From Vicugna vicugna (taxonomy: Eukaryota), in the NCBI GenBank assembly GCA_013265495.1, contig MU058584.1, positions 5,732,407-5,796,406 of the forward strand: a stretch of DNA of 64,000 nucleotides, in the 5' to 3' direction. The notes beneath the pieces were generated by a model that worked only from the letters and a program-made list of their open reading frames with translations, had not been told where the DNA came from and did no database searches. Shown one piece after another: positions 13,887-28,529 of this stretch. A program made the translations under genes and the position numbers. Positions within the stretch are counted from its first letter, which is position 1. Every line of letters starts with the position of its first letter.

Positions 13887-15087
13887 CTGTGAAAAGAGAC
13901 ATACTTTTAATAGTATCCCAGGTAGAAGGCTCTCATTAGCTATTCCTAGATAGCAGAGTTTGTGATAAGCAGCCAAGCAAAATGATAGGAACTATAAGAT
14001 GTTCTTGTTTTTTTTAAATAGCATCTATCCAGAAATAGTGATTGGAGGCTTATTCAAATCCTGGTGCCACATTGTTTTCTCTGGCACCTTGTAGTCCTGA
14101 GGAATGGGGCTTTAAAGGTTAATTTGATCTGCAACAGAAAGAAAACATTTGGTGACTGTCAAGTCTTTAGTAAGACTATCCATTTCCTCCAGTGTCAATA
14201 AGTCAATACATAAGGATTGTATCTCATTTGGTAAAAGCATCACACTCCAAATTTAATATAGTCATCTTGCTAGTCCATGTACTGGGACACTAGACAATAG
14301 ACACTAGACACTAGAATTGGTTGAGAGGGTCAAGATTAATCCATTCTCATATGTGTGAAAAATGCAGCTGATAGTAAAATGAAAGAAGAGCTTTTTATAA
14401 GTTTTAAGTTTTTTTCAGTGTCATCACAGTATCTTCTATATACCAGGCAATGCAAACATGTTAGTGAGTAGTGAATAAATGAATTAGGAATGTATGTAGA
14501 TATAGAATGTGTATATGTATAGACAGATGGTGAACCCATCACATTATTTCCACAGTGCAGTTCATTGAGGTTGTTTGTTTTAATGAAAGATGGGCTGAAT
14601 TCTTTTGGGGTAATATGAAAATCCAAGCTTGCTCTTAAGAAGCCCAGCCAATGAAATTTCTTATAAAGTCAACTGAGTGTGTTCAAAACCTACCACTCAA
14701 TGTGTTCAGCTTATTTACAAGAAAGGAACCTGGAGTTTTTTGTGTTTACAGATCAAATTACCAACCGAAACCTCAGACACATTAGTCAAAGTTCTCTCCA
14801 AGGACTCTCAGCAGAGTATAGGCTACTGTATACTTTTAGAAACATGTGGCCTTGAGGTAAATGTTACAGATCATACAGGCATGGTATCAGAACCAGGACC
14901 AAGATGAAGGAGGGGCTGAAGAAACAGAGAAAGATTCCAAGCCCTCCGGTATCAATGTCATTGATCTGGTTTCTGCAACCGTCTCTCTCTGCTTGCTTTA
15001 CAAAAATTACCAAGACACTCCGGACCCTCATTCCATTATAGTTCTCCTCACTAGTCCAACATCTTTCTTGCTGTTGATTTTTTTTTA

Positions 15088-15348
<261 letters not shown>

Positions 15349-18300
15349 CTACTTTTTCAGCACTCTCAAGTCTGGGGGAATATAGGATCTCTGTTAAAGC
15401 TGTATACACCTTTCTATAGTAAACCTTCATTATTTGGAGAGACTCACGTCTATCCACTTCTGTATCTATGTAATTATAAAACCTTTGTGTCTATAGTGAT
15501 CTAAAGTGAGTAAGAAATGTTACTAGTACATTATTTAAAGTTTAGCAAGTTAGTTTTCCAGTCAATCTAAATAATTATTATTTAAATAACATCGGAAAAG
15601 TGAGTCACCTTAGATCAGTAAATCATCTCAGAACGAGAGACTGGGCTATATTTTCTCTATGGCAATTGACAAGACATCTTAATGTCTAATCGCCTGTTAG
15701 TGTGGGATGTAAGTACACTGAGGTCTGCTTATGTATTGTTTTGCTCTATATTTCGTATCTTCTTTCCAACTCCTGCCACCCTTAGCTCTGTTTCATCAGT
15801 TTATCACATCCCCACCATCTGATCATCCCAACGCTTGCCCCCTAGTCTTAGGGTCTAGTTGTCCTTGTGAGTATGAAATGTATCTACCCGCTGAAGTTTG
15901 CATGTCTTACTTCAGTCCTTCGTGTGCCCAAAGACCCACCAGTAACACTTTCATGTGTATTCAACTTTCCCTACTGGTGGGAGGGGAGAGGATGTAGAAA
16001 TTGGTCTTCCTTATTGAAGAAAGGGAACTGTAATGCTGAAGATTAAAAGAAGTGCAGAGGGTTGGGTGGGGCTTTCAACAACAAAAGGAAGATGTGGCTA
16101 GAGATGGAGCAAGTGCGGTCAGGAAGGGCAGAGATTGGTATCATGTGTAGCAAGTGGGAAGGGCAGTTTCTTCTGTCAGAGGCATTCCTCATTTAATAGG
16201 TGGAAGTTTCACATCATCAGCTGGTGCCTGAACTTCTCTTTGGGATACAGTTCTCTTTGTTTAGTATACTGGCTTGAGAAATTCCTTGAGGTGAAAGCTG
16301 AGATGACTAGAGAAACAAGGCGTATGCATCTGTCAGCAAGGGAGCATTCAGGCACTGCAGCAACATGCATTACTGCATGCATTACCACATGAGGTTCTGA
16401 GCCTAGAAGCCATAAGGGAGAAGAGTTGAGTAGCTTTTATCTAGATTTATTGACATGCTCTCCATAGGACAGAGCATCATCTTCTGTATATGGAAGATAA
16501 TACAACCAAACTTGAAATAATATTATAGTCATGATTTTATTTGCCTTGCAGATGGGAAACAAAGATGGACTTTAATACCCTCAGAAGTTGCCAATTTATT
16601 GTTGATGGCAGCATAGGGGAAAAAATGACTAGTTATGGATGGACCATAAATTCTTTTGAAGGCAGGAGACTGAACCAGGTTACTGTTAGCACAACACGAA
16701 TCCAACTGTGTCAACTCATTCCATAAAACTTTCAAGAGTTTTGTCTTACCTACAGGATAAAGTCCAGGTTTGCTACCATGGCAGCTGAAGTCACTCATGA
16801 GTTCGCCCCAGTCTACCTGTCCAGCGTCATTTCCCTTTGAACCTCTATGCCATGCACAGTTTGTTCTCCACAGCAATCTATTATCTCTAAAATACATTCC
16901 AAGTTTGCACTCCCCTCTGTATCTCTACAGTCATCACTTTAGGACAAGTCTAGACTCCAGAATTATCCTATTAACTGGTCATTGGGACTCTGGCACAAAA
17001 ATACTCTCCCAATCTATTTCCCAGTCTGTGGACAGGATGATCCCTTAAAACCCCAGATCTTACTTTTTCATGTTTCTGCTTAACATCCTGACAACAGCTT
17101 CTTATTTCACAAAATCCTTAACATGGCCATAAGTCCATTTATAATCTACCCTTGCTTCTCTCTCCATTCTCATCATGTGTGACTTTTTTCCCCTTGCGTC
17201 CTATGGGTCAGTCACTTGGACCACCTTGTAATTTCCCAGACATGCCAAGTGCCATCTGAGCTCAGGGTCTTTGCAGAAATTATTCCCTCTGCCTACAGTG
17301 TTCTTCCTCCCTTTCTTCCTTTGGATAAATGTGTGCTCATCCTTCAGATGTCAACTTCAGTGTAAGCTTACTTCGTCCCTGATCGCTGATTATGCTGTAT
17401 ATATTTTTTCTTTTACAGCACTCATCATCACAATTTATAATTAAATATGTGTGAGATTATATGATTAATTTCATTTTTTCCTACTAGATAATAATTATTT
17501 GCACCATGCCATTCCTGTCACTGGAATGTGAGCAATGCAAAGACAGGTGTTGGATTGTATTTGTCTTATTATCTCTGGTGCCTTTTCACACTACCTGGCA
17601 CGGAGAAGGTGCTCAGTGAATGTTTACTGAACTCATACGATTTAAGGTCCTATGGGCTAGAAGCAAGTTCATTGAATCTAAGCTCATGGGTGTGTTTTGT
17701 TAGAACTGCATGTTAAAACAAACTAAATGCCAACATTAACAGTATGGAGATATTATATAAGAATCTGGATTGCTGGTTTCTCTTAAAAACAACAACAACA
17801 ACAACAACAAATAAAGCCTGGAGATCTGGTGACATTGGATCAAATTCCTGCATAGAATTTGACTGGATCTGGGTCCTGCCTGCCCCCTTCAGATAGGATA
17901 GTGGCTATCTGTTCACCAGTCCCTACCGGACTCAATTTTTTTTTAATTGAATTACCTTCCTGGCTGTTCTAGGCATCTGAGTTTGTGACCCTTGTGCTAG
18001 GGAAAAGCTTAACGTGGGACTCTGTTGTATCTTCCCGCCCCCAACAAAAGATATCTTTTTGACACTGCTCACCAATACTTGATAAGCTGAACGTTCACTC
18101 TGTTGATAAAAAGGTTTTGAGTGTTAAAATAATCAGGAGCTGAGTTAAAAGCTGAAATAACTTCCTGTGAGTAATAAAATTATTCCAGTCTACATCAAAA
18201 AGAAAAAAAAGAGTTTATAAGGAAGCGTCTTTGCTAACAAACAGGAAGGATTATCTCTAGAGAGTTGCAAAATAGTTTTGATAGCAAAGCACAAACAGGG

Positions 18301-19139
18301 CTGATAAGGAGAGTTGTCCTCTTAGGTCGAACTTGTCTATTGACTGGAACTTGCATGGCGAGTTGCTGATTAGGGCTATCCTGAATCAAGCACAATGGCC
18401 CTTATTCAATGCTTCAAGCTTTATGGCCTCATGTTAAAAAATGATGTTACTGGACACAATGCCTCCACTGTTCCAACTGTCATAATAGGAGTTCCTATAG
18501 TAGAAAATGGCATTCATAAGCTCTCAGTAGGACAAAGTGTGATATTCCTTGTAGGGTGAGAAATAATTTTCAAAGTTCTTCCTGTCTTTCTCTGGCTAAG
18601 TGCATGCTCATATTTCAGATGTCATTGTAAATGTCAGTTTACTCATTCCCTAATCTCCTATATAGATCATGTAATTTCACAAATATTTAATTAAAATTCT
18701 GATGATACTATAATTAAGCATTTATGAAATTATATCACTGACGATACTTTCTCCTGCTAGACTGTGGGAGAAAGTATGTGAATTTGGAAGCCAAAAATGA
18801 AATTTCTTGCTTGTACCACTTGCTAACTGTGTGAATTTGAGAAAATTCCTTAACTTCCCATTTAGCCTCAGTTTTCTTATACATAACTTAAGATAATATT
18901 CTCACTTTCTAGCAATATTATTGTCAGTTTTGATGGGTTATGAGAACTGAAAAATACATGTAAAATGTCTGGCACCTAACCAGTGCTCAGGTAACCTGTG
19001 GTAATAACACTTTAGTATTTTGTCTGTTTTCTTTCCCAACCATTTTATAATTGATACAGCCTCTTTCATTTATATTTTACTTCTGATGTGATATATCTTA
19101 AGTGTTCTTTTTTTTTCATGTAACATTTATTCATTTCTG

Positions 19140-19345
19140 GGTTTTTTAAATTAAAGTATAATTGGTTTACAATATTATGTTAGTTTCAAGCATACAGCAT
19201 AGTGATTCAGTATTTTTGAAGATTCTACTCCATTTTAGGTCATTACAAAATAATGGGTACAATTCCCTGTGCTATACAGTAGGTCCTTATTGCTTATCTA
19301 TTTGATATATAGTAGTTTGTATCCATCAACCCAATACGCCTTAAT
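19140..19345 (-). mobile_element. Short LINE-1 3' end fragment
   Basis: aagtataattggtttacaatattatgttagtttc...ttccctgtgctatacagtaggtcctt, homologous to the other L1 3' termini in this window. Confidence 0.75.
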
Positions 19346-20477
19346 TTTATCTGTTTTCCTGCTGCCTTCATCTTACATACTCCCTCTGCCTCTAAATGAT
19401 AAACATATCTAAGAGTGAAGACATCTGAAGGCAACATTTATGGGATTAAATTTTTATTCTAGAATATTCTAGCTAGAAGAAACATCATCTAGCTTTGAGA
19501 TCAATTAAGTGTTCTTAAGTTCTCTTGACATATGTGAGAAAGGCTAATGCATCTATTCTAAAGGGGGTGAACACTGGCAACAAGATTAGGTAACTGCTCA
19601 CAATCATCAGCAAAACTAATGTTTCCAAGCACAGAGAAAATCACATAGTCTCTACTTTCTAGTCTAGTCCTCAGTCCCTTAATTTTGTTCAGTAAAATGA
19701 TTATCATCTTCGTCATCCATCAATGTTCCCGACTCTGTGTTAGGTGCCAGGGCACAAACGTAAAGAAGACAGCCTGAGACCTTGCAGGGCTGACAACCCA
19801 GTTAATAATAGGCGACAGGCTGGTGCCCTAATTGAGATGGATTTCACTTCTAGATTTCTTCTAGGGCCATCTCAATGGAGAAGCCCCAGTCAGAACACAT
19901 TGTTCATCTGTAATGAGACCAACCAAAATAATTATCCAAGAATCACTTAAGAGGCTCTAACACATGCTAGATACAGTAGTGTAACTGATTGTCCAACAAT
20001 ATCAAACTTATTTTTAAATGGTCAGAATTTCATATACAGGTTTATTTGAACACAGTGGTTTTTAATGTCCACCTAATTTACCAGAGTAAATTACTGAGCA
20101 TTTCACATTCATATGTTAAATATAAATTTCAAATAATTAAATGAATAATTTCAATTGTTTACTATACTACTAAAAAGTGAATTATGGGCATCTTGAAACA
20201 AATAGGTTTGCATAAAGGGATAGATTCTGTGATTATACTGAGTAATGATTACTAATGAGATAGTTTGGCGATAATTTTATCAATGCCTTTATTCTTTTCA
20301 CTTTAAAGTATTTTATTTTAACTTTTATCTAGAATAAAACAAGCATGTTGTATCTTTGATGTTACAAACTATATAACATGAAATGTGAAATATAAATCAT
20401 TATTTAGAGAGAGTATTTATGAAATACGTTTTTGGCAAATCTGATTTTGACTCTGTAATCAAAATAAAAAGTTAAAT

Positions 20478-21620
20478 AGGCAGAAAACTCTGACATAAGT
20501 CACAGCAATATTTTTTTGGATCCATATCCTAGAGCAATGGAAATAAAAGCAAAAATAAAGAAATGGGACCTAATTAAACTTAAAAACTTTAGCACAGCAA
20601 AGGAAGCCACCAACAAAATGAAAAAACAACCTATAGAATGGGAGAAAATATTTGCAAATAATACGACTGACAAGGGATTAATTTCTAAAATATACAAGCA
20701 GTGCATACAACTCAATATCAAAAAACCAAACAACCCAATTGAAGAATGTGCAGAAGACCTAAATAGAAATTTCTCCAAAGTAGGCATGCAGATGGCCAAC
20801 AGGCACATGACAAGGTGCTCAACTCACTAATTATCAGAAAAATGAAAATCAAAACTACAATGAGGTATCACCTCACACCAGTCAGAATGGCCATCATCAA
20901 AAAGTCTACAAATAATAACTATTAGAGAGGGTGTGGAGAAAAGGGAACCCTCCTATGCTGTTGGTGAGAATGTAAATTGGTGCAGCCACTATGGAGAACT
21001 GTATGGAGGTTCCTTAAAAAACTAAAAATAGAGTCTCCATATGATCCAGCAATCCCACTCCTGGACATATATCCAGAGAAAACTGTAATTTGAAAAGACA
21101 CGTGCATCCCCCATGTTCACAGCAGCACTATTTACAGTAGCCAAGACATGGAAGAAATGGGCCTAGACATTTTCATACTAAATGAAGTTAAGTCAGAGAA
21201 AGACGAACGTCATATGATATCACTTACATGGGGAATCTAAAAATATGATACAAATGAACTTATTTACAAAACAGAAATCAACTTGTAGACATAGAAAACA
21301 AACTTATGGTTGCCAAAGGAGAAAGGGGGTGGGGAGGGATAAATACGGGGTTTGGGATTAATAAATGCATGCATATATACTATATATATATATATATAAG
21401 ATAAACAAAGACCTACTCTACAGCACAGGAACTAAATTCAGTATCTTGTAATAACCTATAATGAAAAAGAATCTGAAAAACAGTATGTGTATCCATATGT
21501 AGATATATATCTATCCATAGATAGACAAACTGAACCATTTTGGTCTACACTTGAAACTAACACAACATTGTAAATTAGCTATACTTTAATAATTAATAAA
21601 TTAAATAAAAAATTAAAATT
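20478..21620 (+). mobile_element. 5'-truncated LINE-1 (ORF2 C-terminal region, 3'UTR, A-rich tail)
   Basis: ORF 20516-20830 gives MEIKAKIKKWDLIKLKNFSTAKE...QPIEWEKIFAN, typical L1 ORF2p; interrupted by stops; L1 3'UTR follows. Confidence 0.93.
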
Positions 21621-24429
21621 AAAACTCAACTGAGAACCTCATGGACAGGAAAGACTATTATGCTAGAGCACAAAAAATTCTTGTTCAGCCTCTTGCTAGA
21701 ATAAATTCTTTACACAAGGGCAGCGCTTCAATTTATATTTTCTCAATTCTGTTCACTTCCTGCTCAGTCCATAGCTTTGTAATTTGTTTACTCTTGTCAT
21801 CGTGAACTAATTATGTGCCAAAAGGCTCTCAGGATTTTTTTTTCCAAATGTAAAATGGAACGTTCAAGCTTTGGAAAAGTGAAGTTCCATAAACAGCCAT
21901 TTTGGTCACCCATTAGGATGCTTGTTTGTGAACTTCTCCCTTGTTACTTACTTTTTTTGGACAGCTTTTTTTTCCCTCTCCATTTAAAAAACTTAGTGAA
22001 TGCTTCAGTGTGCATTCACAGATTCAGAACATTCTTTTAAAAGCTATAATTTAGGCAATGGGCAAATTAGAGTGCTGATGCTTTGTAAAGAGCCTGGTTT
22101 CGTTGCACAGGGCATGCAAGTCTCTTTCAAAGGAGAGTTCACAGTTTTTAGATTTCTGAGAATTATTGTATTAGCCCTTATAATTTGTTTCAGGTATTTA
22201 TTATATACTCAAACGAGTGTCTAAATAAGGTGAGAATATTCAGATGCAAAGTGAAAAATGTAATTGACTGCATTGTGTCAAGCATTGGGATGTTTGGGAA
22301 AACCTAGAAGACTGAGTTTTCATAAAGAGAATTTGGTGATACTTAGATGCAAAGAACAATCTCTGGTGGAAAATTCATTCATTCACTCATTCATTCATTC
22401 ATTCATTCAGAGAGTTGGCTTATCAGCAGACAGCTGGATGTTATAGAACTAATTTTGTGTGGATTACTCATAATGCAACTGCCAATTTATGGGTAAAAAG
22501 CCAGTATGAGACTTCCACACTAAAAACAGTAACATCTTTCTGGCCAGAACTCGGATTTCCAATCATCTCCTAACTAATGCATAACAAGAATTAAAAAAGC
22601 AACAAGGTTCCCGGAAAACCAAAATAAAAGTTATAAAATCCATGAATGAAAGCTCAGGGTCTTTACCTGTAGGCAGTACCATAACTAATAATGTGAGCCT
22701 TCATTTAGAGTCTGTTTACTCTTAGATTGCACATAATTCTAATGTTTGTGAATATTTTAAAAATCTCATAGTAGATTTGAAGTAATGGTTTAGAAAGGGA
22801 TTAGCATTTTACTCATGTTCTGTTTTAAAAAAATCTGGTTAAGTATAAGATTTAGAAAGATTTATAGCCAAAGTGATTTAATGAAAATATCTTACACTTG
22901 AGAAAGTAAAACCTCAAACTATCCAGAATACATAATTTTTCAAAATGACTCCTATATGCTCTGGATAACTGAAGTTTTCTATGCAATTTTAGTTTATTTT
23001 GTCATCTCAGTTCTAGTAGAGTTTTATTTCATTAGAGTAGAAATAAAATGATGAGCACTATCTAAGGCCAAGGCCTTCATTCAATCTAAGCTTCTGGAAA
23101 CAAAATTTAGTGCCTGCACTATAAATAGCCATGAAATAACTATAGCAACAACAGCCATCATTACTGTGTGTAACTACATGCCAGAAACTTTACATATATT
23201 ATGACTAATCTTTGCAATAACTTTAGATGAGTGGAATTGCTATCCCCATTTTATAGATATAAAACTGAGGGTTAGAGGTAAAGGAAATTGCCCTGGTTAA
23301 TGTAGGGTTCAGATCCAGGTCATTCTGGCTCCAAAGCCAGCATTCTTTCCATGGCTGCTTTTTTCTTCTATTCTAAATTTGTGGTGGGGCTCAAGGATTA
23401 ATTCCCGGATAAGAAAGTTAGCTGACTAGCTTTCAAATATCTACCTCTGAGATAAAGGAATCTGGATTCTCGTGTAGCTGACTCAGCATGTAGTTAGTTT
23501 ATCTCCACTCCTGAAAAAATCGTTCAAATCATAGGAGGCTGTGAGCGAGGGTGAATGTCAGACATGAAGATAGGAATGTTTTATTTTAACAGGAGGCACA
23601 ATAAAATGAATGGAAGGCTTGTTTTATTTTTAATTGTTATTATTGTTATTTTTTTTTTACCACAAAAGACAGTTTTAATCTATATACTAGATTTGCATCT
23701 CATTTCCAAGATAACATTTGACTTTCCTCATCAATCTGTATTTACCTTTCTCAGACTCATGCAACCAGGGGCAATAACCAGGTGGCCAGTGGAAGTGGTG
23801 GGACCATTTTCAACAACTGCTCACAAATTATTCTGGCTGTAGGGCAGTGTAGGGACAAATAAACAGAGAAGGAAGGGGGATAATGTTGCAAGGTTCATTA
23901 GTTGTGCAAACAGCTTCGCTGGGGTACAAAGTCCTCAGCACCTACCTCCTCCCACATTTGAAATAGAACCTGCATGGGACATTTTGAAGATTACCCCCTC
24001 ATGCATGACATTGCTGAATTCCCGATGCAGCCATCTGGAATCCTCATAAGTAGGTTAAACGGTTGTTCACTGTGTCACTGCATGCTGCCTCACCCAGAGT
24101 CTTGCCAAATTGGATCTTTAAGATGCCTGGAATTTCACAGTTACTGCTTTATTGTTTTCCCTCAAGCCGAAGATTAAATGATAATGCTAATAGTCCTGGG
24201 GAGGTTAGTTCATTGACGTATTGTCAGTCACCTATACCTTGTCAGAATGGGTTTGATAACAATTTACATAGGAAATAATACATGTAAAGGCCACTTTCTA
24301 ATCCATATATTTTCAAATAAATATTAAATTATTTGGACATATTTTTAATTTTTTAATTGAGATGTAATTGACATATAACATAGTTTGGAAACATTTTGAT
24401 TGAAGAATTACCTTTACTGTCATAGCTAA

Positions 24430-24645
24430 TATTTATCAAGTGCCTATTGTATGCTAGGCATTGTTCTAAGATTTCATGACAACAAACCTATATGAAGTAG
24501 GTATGATTATCATCCCCCTTTTACAGATGAGAATGATGAAGCACAGAGATGTTAAGTAACTTTCTAAAAGTCACATAGCTAATAAGTGTCTGAGTCAGGA
24601 TTTGTACCAGGCATCTAGTTCCAGAACCTACATTGTAAACCACTC
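24430..24645 (-). mobile_element. MIR-type SINE remnant (one of several; others near 23230-23345, 35000-35220, 53030-53270)
   Basis: MIR core-like text attatcatccccttttacagatgagaatgatgaagcacagagatgttaagtaactt...gtcacatagcta; approximate boundaries. Confidence 0.65.
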
Positions 24646-25307
24646 TCCTACTTAATGCTTCTCTTCAAAGGTATAATGGCTGAAACATGTGGGAAAAAAT
24701 GATTTGTGAATCATCGAAGGTCTGAAGTTTATTATACCTTTAAATGTTATTATACCAATATCTATTACAATATGGATATAATTTTCTTACATCAATTCCT
24801 AACAGAACTCCATCTGCATATTGTGGTCTGAAACATCAACATAATGGAAATAATCAGAACAATATCAACAACAGGCACTTACTGTCCTGTAACTGATGTG
24901 GTCACTTTTATCACCATCATGGTGATCTTCACCATCATTGTCATCATTATCATCATTATCATTGTCATCATTTATTCAGGGCTTATCAGGTTCCAGGAAC
25001 CACATTTAGTACATTACCTAAGTCATCACATTTGGTCCTCAAAGAAATCTGATGGTGTGGGTATAACCATTCCCATTTTATAGATGAGAAAAATGAGGCT
25101 CAGAAATGCTAAGATCACAGAATCAGAAATTGTAAAGCTGGAATTTGAACCTAAATCTTCTTTCAAAGCTTATGTTCTTAGTCACTTCACTATGTCCAAA
25201 CCTTTAATATTCCTTTCACTACTACTATCACTACCACCACCACAAAATATCACTTATTAAGTGTCATCTTTGTGCCAGGCTAGCCCTATGTCTGGCTAAT
25301 CTTATGT

Positions 25308-25525
25308 CAGTATATCAAACTATGGCTCGTGGGCCTAATCTAGCCAGCAGCCTGCTTTTTAAAATAAAGTTTTATTGGGACACAGCCATGCTCATCTATT
25401 TATATACCATCTATCACTGTTTCTGTACTAAAAGGTAGAGTTGAGTAGTTGCAACAGAGATTCCATGGCTCACAAAGCCCAAAATATTTGCAGCCTGGCT
25501 CTTCACAGAAAATTTTGAGGACCCC
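25308..25525. mobile_element. MER58-like hAT-Charlie non-autonomous DNA transposon
   Basis: caaactatggctcgtgggcc...aataaagttttattgggacacagccatgctcat...gagttgagtagttgcaacagaga resembles the MER58A consensus as recalled. Confidence 0.7.
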
Positions 25526-25814
25526 CACCTTAATAGATCTAACAATATAGACATCACCATTCTCATTTTGCAGGTGAACTTATTAGAATTCAGAATTAGG
25601 TAACTTGCCCATGCAACTTTTAAAAAATAAGAAGCTAGCAAAAAACTGAGGTCTAGATGACTCAATAACTTACTCATTTTCCTCTCTGAAATCTATAAAA
25701 GCAATCATTTTTATAATTACCAGTTGCAGGAAAGGAGATTTCTCTAACATGGTTTTGAATGTTTGACACTGGTGGTAAAGAGTTGTACATTTTCCCTCAT
25801 CAGAAGGATATTAA

Positions 25815-26473
<659 letters not shown>

Positions 26474-26705
26474 TTAAAATATGTCTGTGTTCAGGATTAT
26501 CAAGACAGAGCTGCTAAGCAAGAAAAACATGCAGAAAACCCCATGAGTGATTGCTGTTATTCCTCCCAGTCCTGAAGTTGACCTAGTTATCTTCAACCTG
26601 GAAGTCTATGCTAGCTCATTAACTCTGTATTACATGCAGTCAGATAAGGACAGGAAGGTAGAAATACATGGCTTGGGCCCAAAACCAGTTAAGAGAGTAG
26701 GAGGT

Positions 26706-26900
26706 GGGGAGGGTACAGATCAAGTGGTAAGGTGCATGCTTAGCATGCATGAAGTCCTGGGTTCAATCCCTAGTCCCTCCATTAGAATTAAATAAATAAA
26801 TAAACCTACTTACCTACCCTTAAAACAAACAAACAAACAAACAAACAAAAAATGGATTCTCAAGTCCATTGATTAAAAAAAAAAAGACTTCAAAAAAGAG
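26706..26900 (+). mobile_element. tRNA-derived SINE (camelid Vic-1-like), long-tail form
   Basis: ggggagggtacagatcaagtggt...gcatgcttagcatgcatgaagtcctgggttcaatccc (Pol III A/B boxes), then A-rich and (AAAC)n tail. Confidence 0.85.
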
Positions 26901-27929
26901 AGAGAGACTAGAAGAAATAGTTCTGACCATGTCCACCCCATTCTGACCCACTGTCATTTCTGGGGTGGCTACTACCTTTGGTCAAGAAAAGAGGGATGTT
27001 CATTTTCATTTATACAGGGTGATGTGAGGGAGGTTGACTGACTACTTCAGATCTCTCTGAAATGGGAGATCTGAGAGATCTAAGTGAGGGAGCAAATCAG
27101 ACAGTTCTCTGGCCCTGTGGGAAGTTCAAAGTCCCTGAGGCAGAAGTGAGCTTGATGTATCCAAAGAACAGTCAGACAAACAGTGTGGCCAGAGTGAGAA
27201 GAGTTGGGGTTGGGTGAGGGTGCACATCAGGTAAGGTGCTATGGGCCATGATAAGAACTTTGGATTTTCTTCTAAGTGGAATGGGAAATCCCTGGAGCTT
27301 TGTGCAGCAGAGAGATGTGGTCTGATATGTTTTAAAAGTTCATCCTAAAAGAAAAGATACAAAAAGTTCATCTTAGCTGTTGTGTAGAAAACAGTCTGTG
27401 TAGTGACAAGAGTGGAGCAGATCAGGTGGTGTAGACAAGAGACACCAGTGTATTAGGCCAGCATGTGTAGCAGTGAAATGGTGAGAAGAGGCTGGATTCT
27501 GGGCATTTTGAAAGTAGAGCCAGCAAAATTTGCTGAAGGGTTGGATGCAGCACTTGAGGGAGAGAGAGAGAAATCAAGGATGACCCCCAAGGTTTTTGAT
27601 CTGAGCAACTGAGTAAATAATGTTTTCAGTTACTTATATGGGAAACACAGTAGGGATAGCAGGTTGGGGTGCAGAAATCAACAGTGAGGTATCATTTACT
27701 ATAAGCCAGGTGCTGCGCTAGGTTCAGGGGCTACATGGATAAATAAGACACAGTCCCTGTCCTTAAGGAGCACACAAGCTTGTTTGGAAATAAGACATAT
27801 GGTAGAAGCTACTGCTAAGATATGGGCAAAATGCTACAGGAGTAGAGAGGATGAAGGACCAATTCTCTCTGAGGAGTTAGGGGAAGAGGTGATATCTGAG
27901 TCAGATTATTGACCAATCATATACTAGAA

Positions 27930-28105
27930 TTTCGCAAAGTATAGTTCTTGGATTCTCTGCATCAGAATCACCAGGGACAGTTTAAAAGGCAGATTCCCAA
28001 GGACTATCTCAGCCCCAATGAATCCTCCGAGTTCCTGGAGGTGGGGTTTGGGAATGTGCATTTTAAACATGAGTGATTCTGATGTCCTCTAAAGCTTGAG
28101 AACCT
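27930..28105. mobile_element. MER5-like hAT-Charlie DNA transposon remnant
   Basis: gcatcagaatcacc...gcagattccc...tgcattttaaac...gtgattctgatg...aaagcttgagaacc. Confidence 0.65.
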
Positions 28106-28529
28106 GTCACTCAAAGCCCTATTTCAGACAAGTGACTGGAATTGACTGTTCTCACTTCCAAGCCATCCATAACCTCTTCTGGAGTTGGCTTCTGCCCATT
28201 AAGAATCACAGGAGCAAGAGAAGGAAATTACAGTAGGCATGGAGTTCAATGGGCATTTGTTTGCATTGGTGGTTATTATAACAAGGCTTCCACTTATTGT
28301 CCCCCTTGATATATTCAAGCACTCTACATCCTTACATTAAACCCCCCAGTAAATCTTTAAGGTAGATATTAAGATCCTTATTTAATGAGGAAGCTGAGCC
28401 TCAGAGTTTTAAATATCTTGTCCAATATTACACAGCTAATTAGAAAAAAAGCCATGATTTAAAATTAAATCTGTCTGATTCTAGATATTGAGCTTTTAAC
28501 CACCCCTTTGTATTGCATCCCCCACCTTG

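Noticed and set aside
20500..21107. ORFs of 61-104 aa on both strands
   Set aside because: Sense and antisense translations of a decayed L1 ORF2 fragment, not host genes
24844..25083. 79-aa ORF with a long hydrophobic Ile/Val stretch resembling a TM helix
   Set aside because: Produced by a degenerate (ATC)n simple repeat next to a MIR remnant
27045..27085. Short inverted repeat (cagatctctc ... gagagatct)
   Set aside because: Only about 9 bp; expected by chance in 64 kb and has no supporting context
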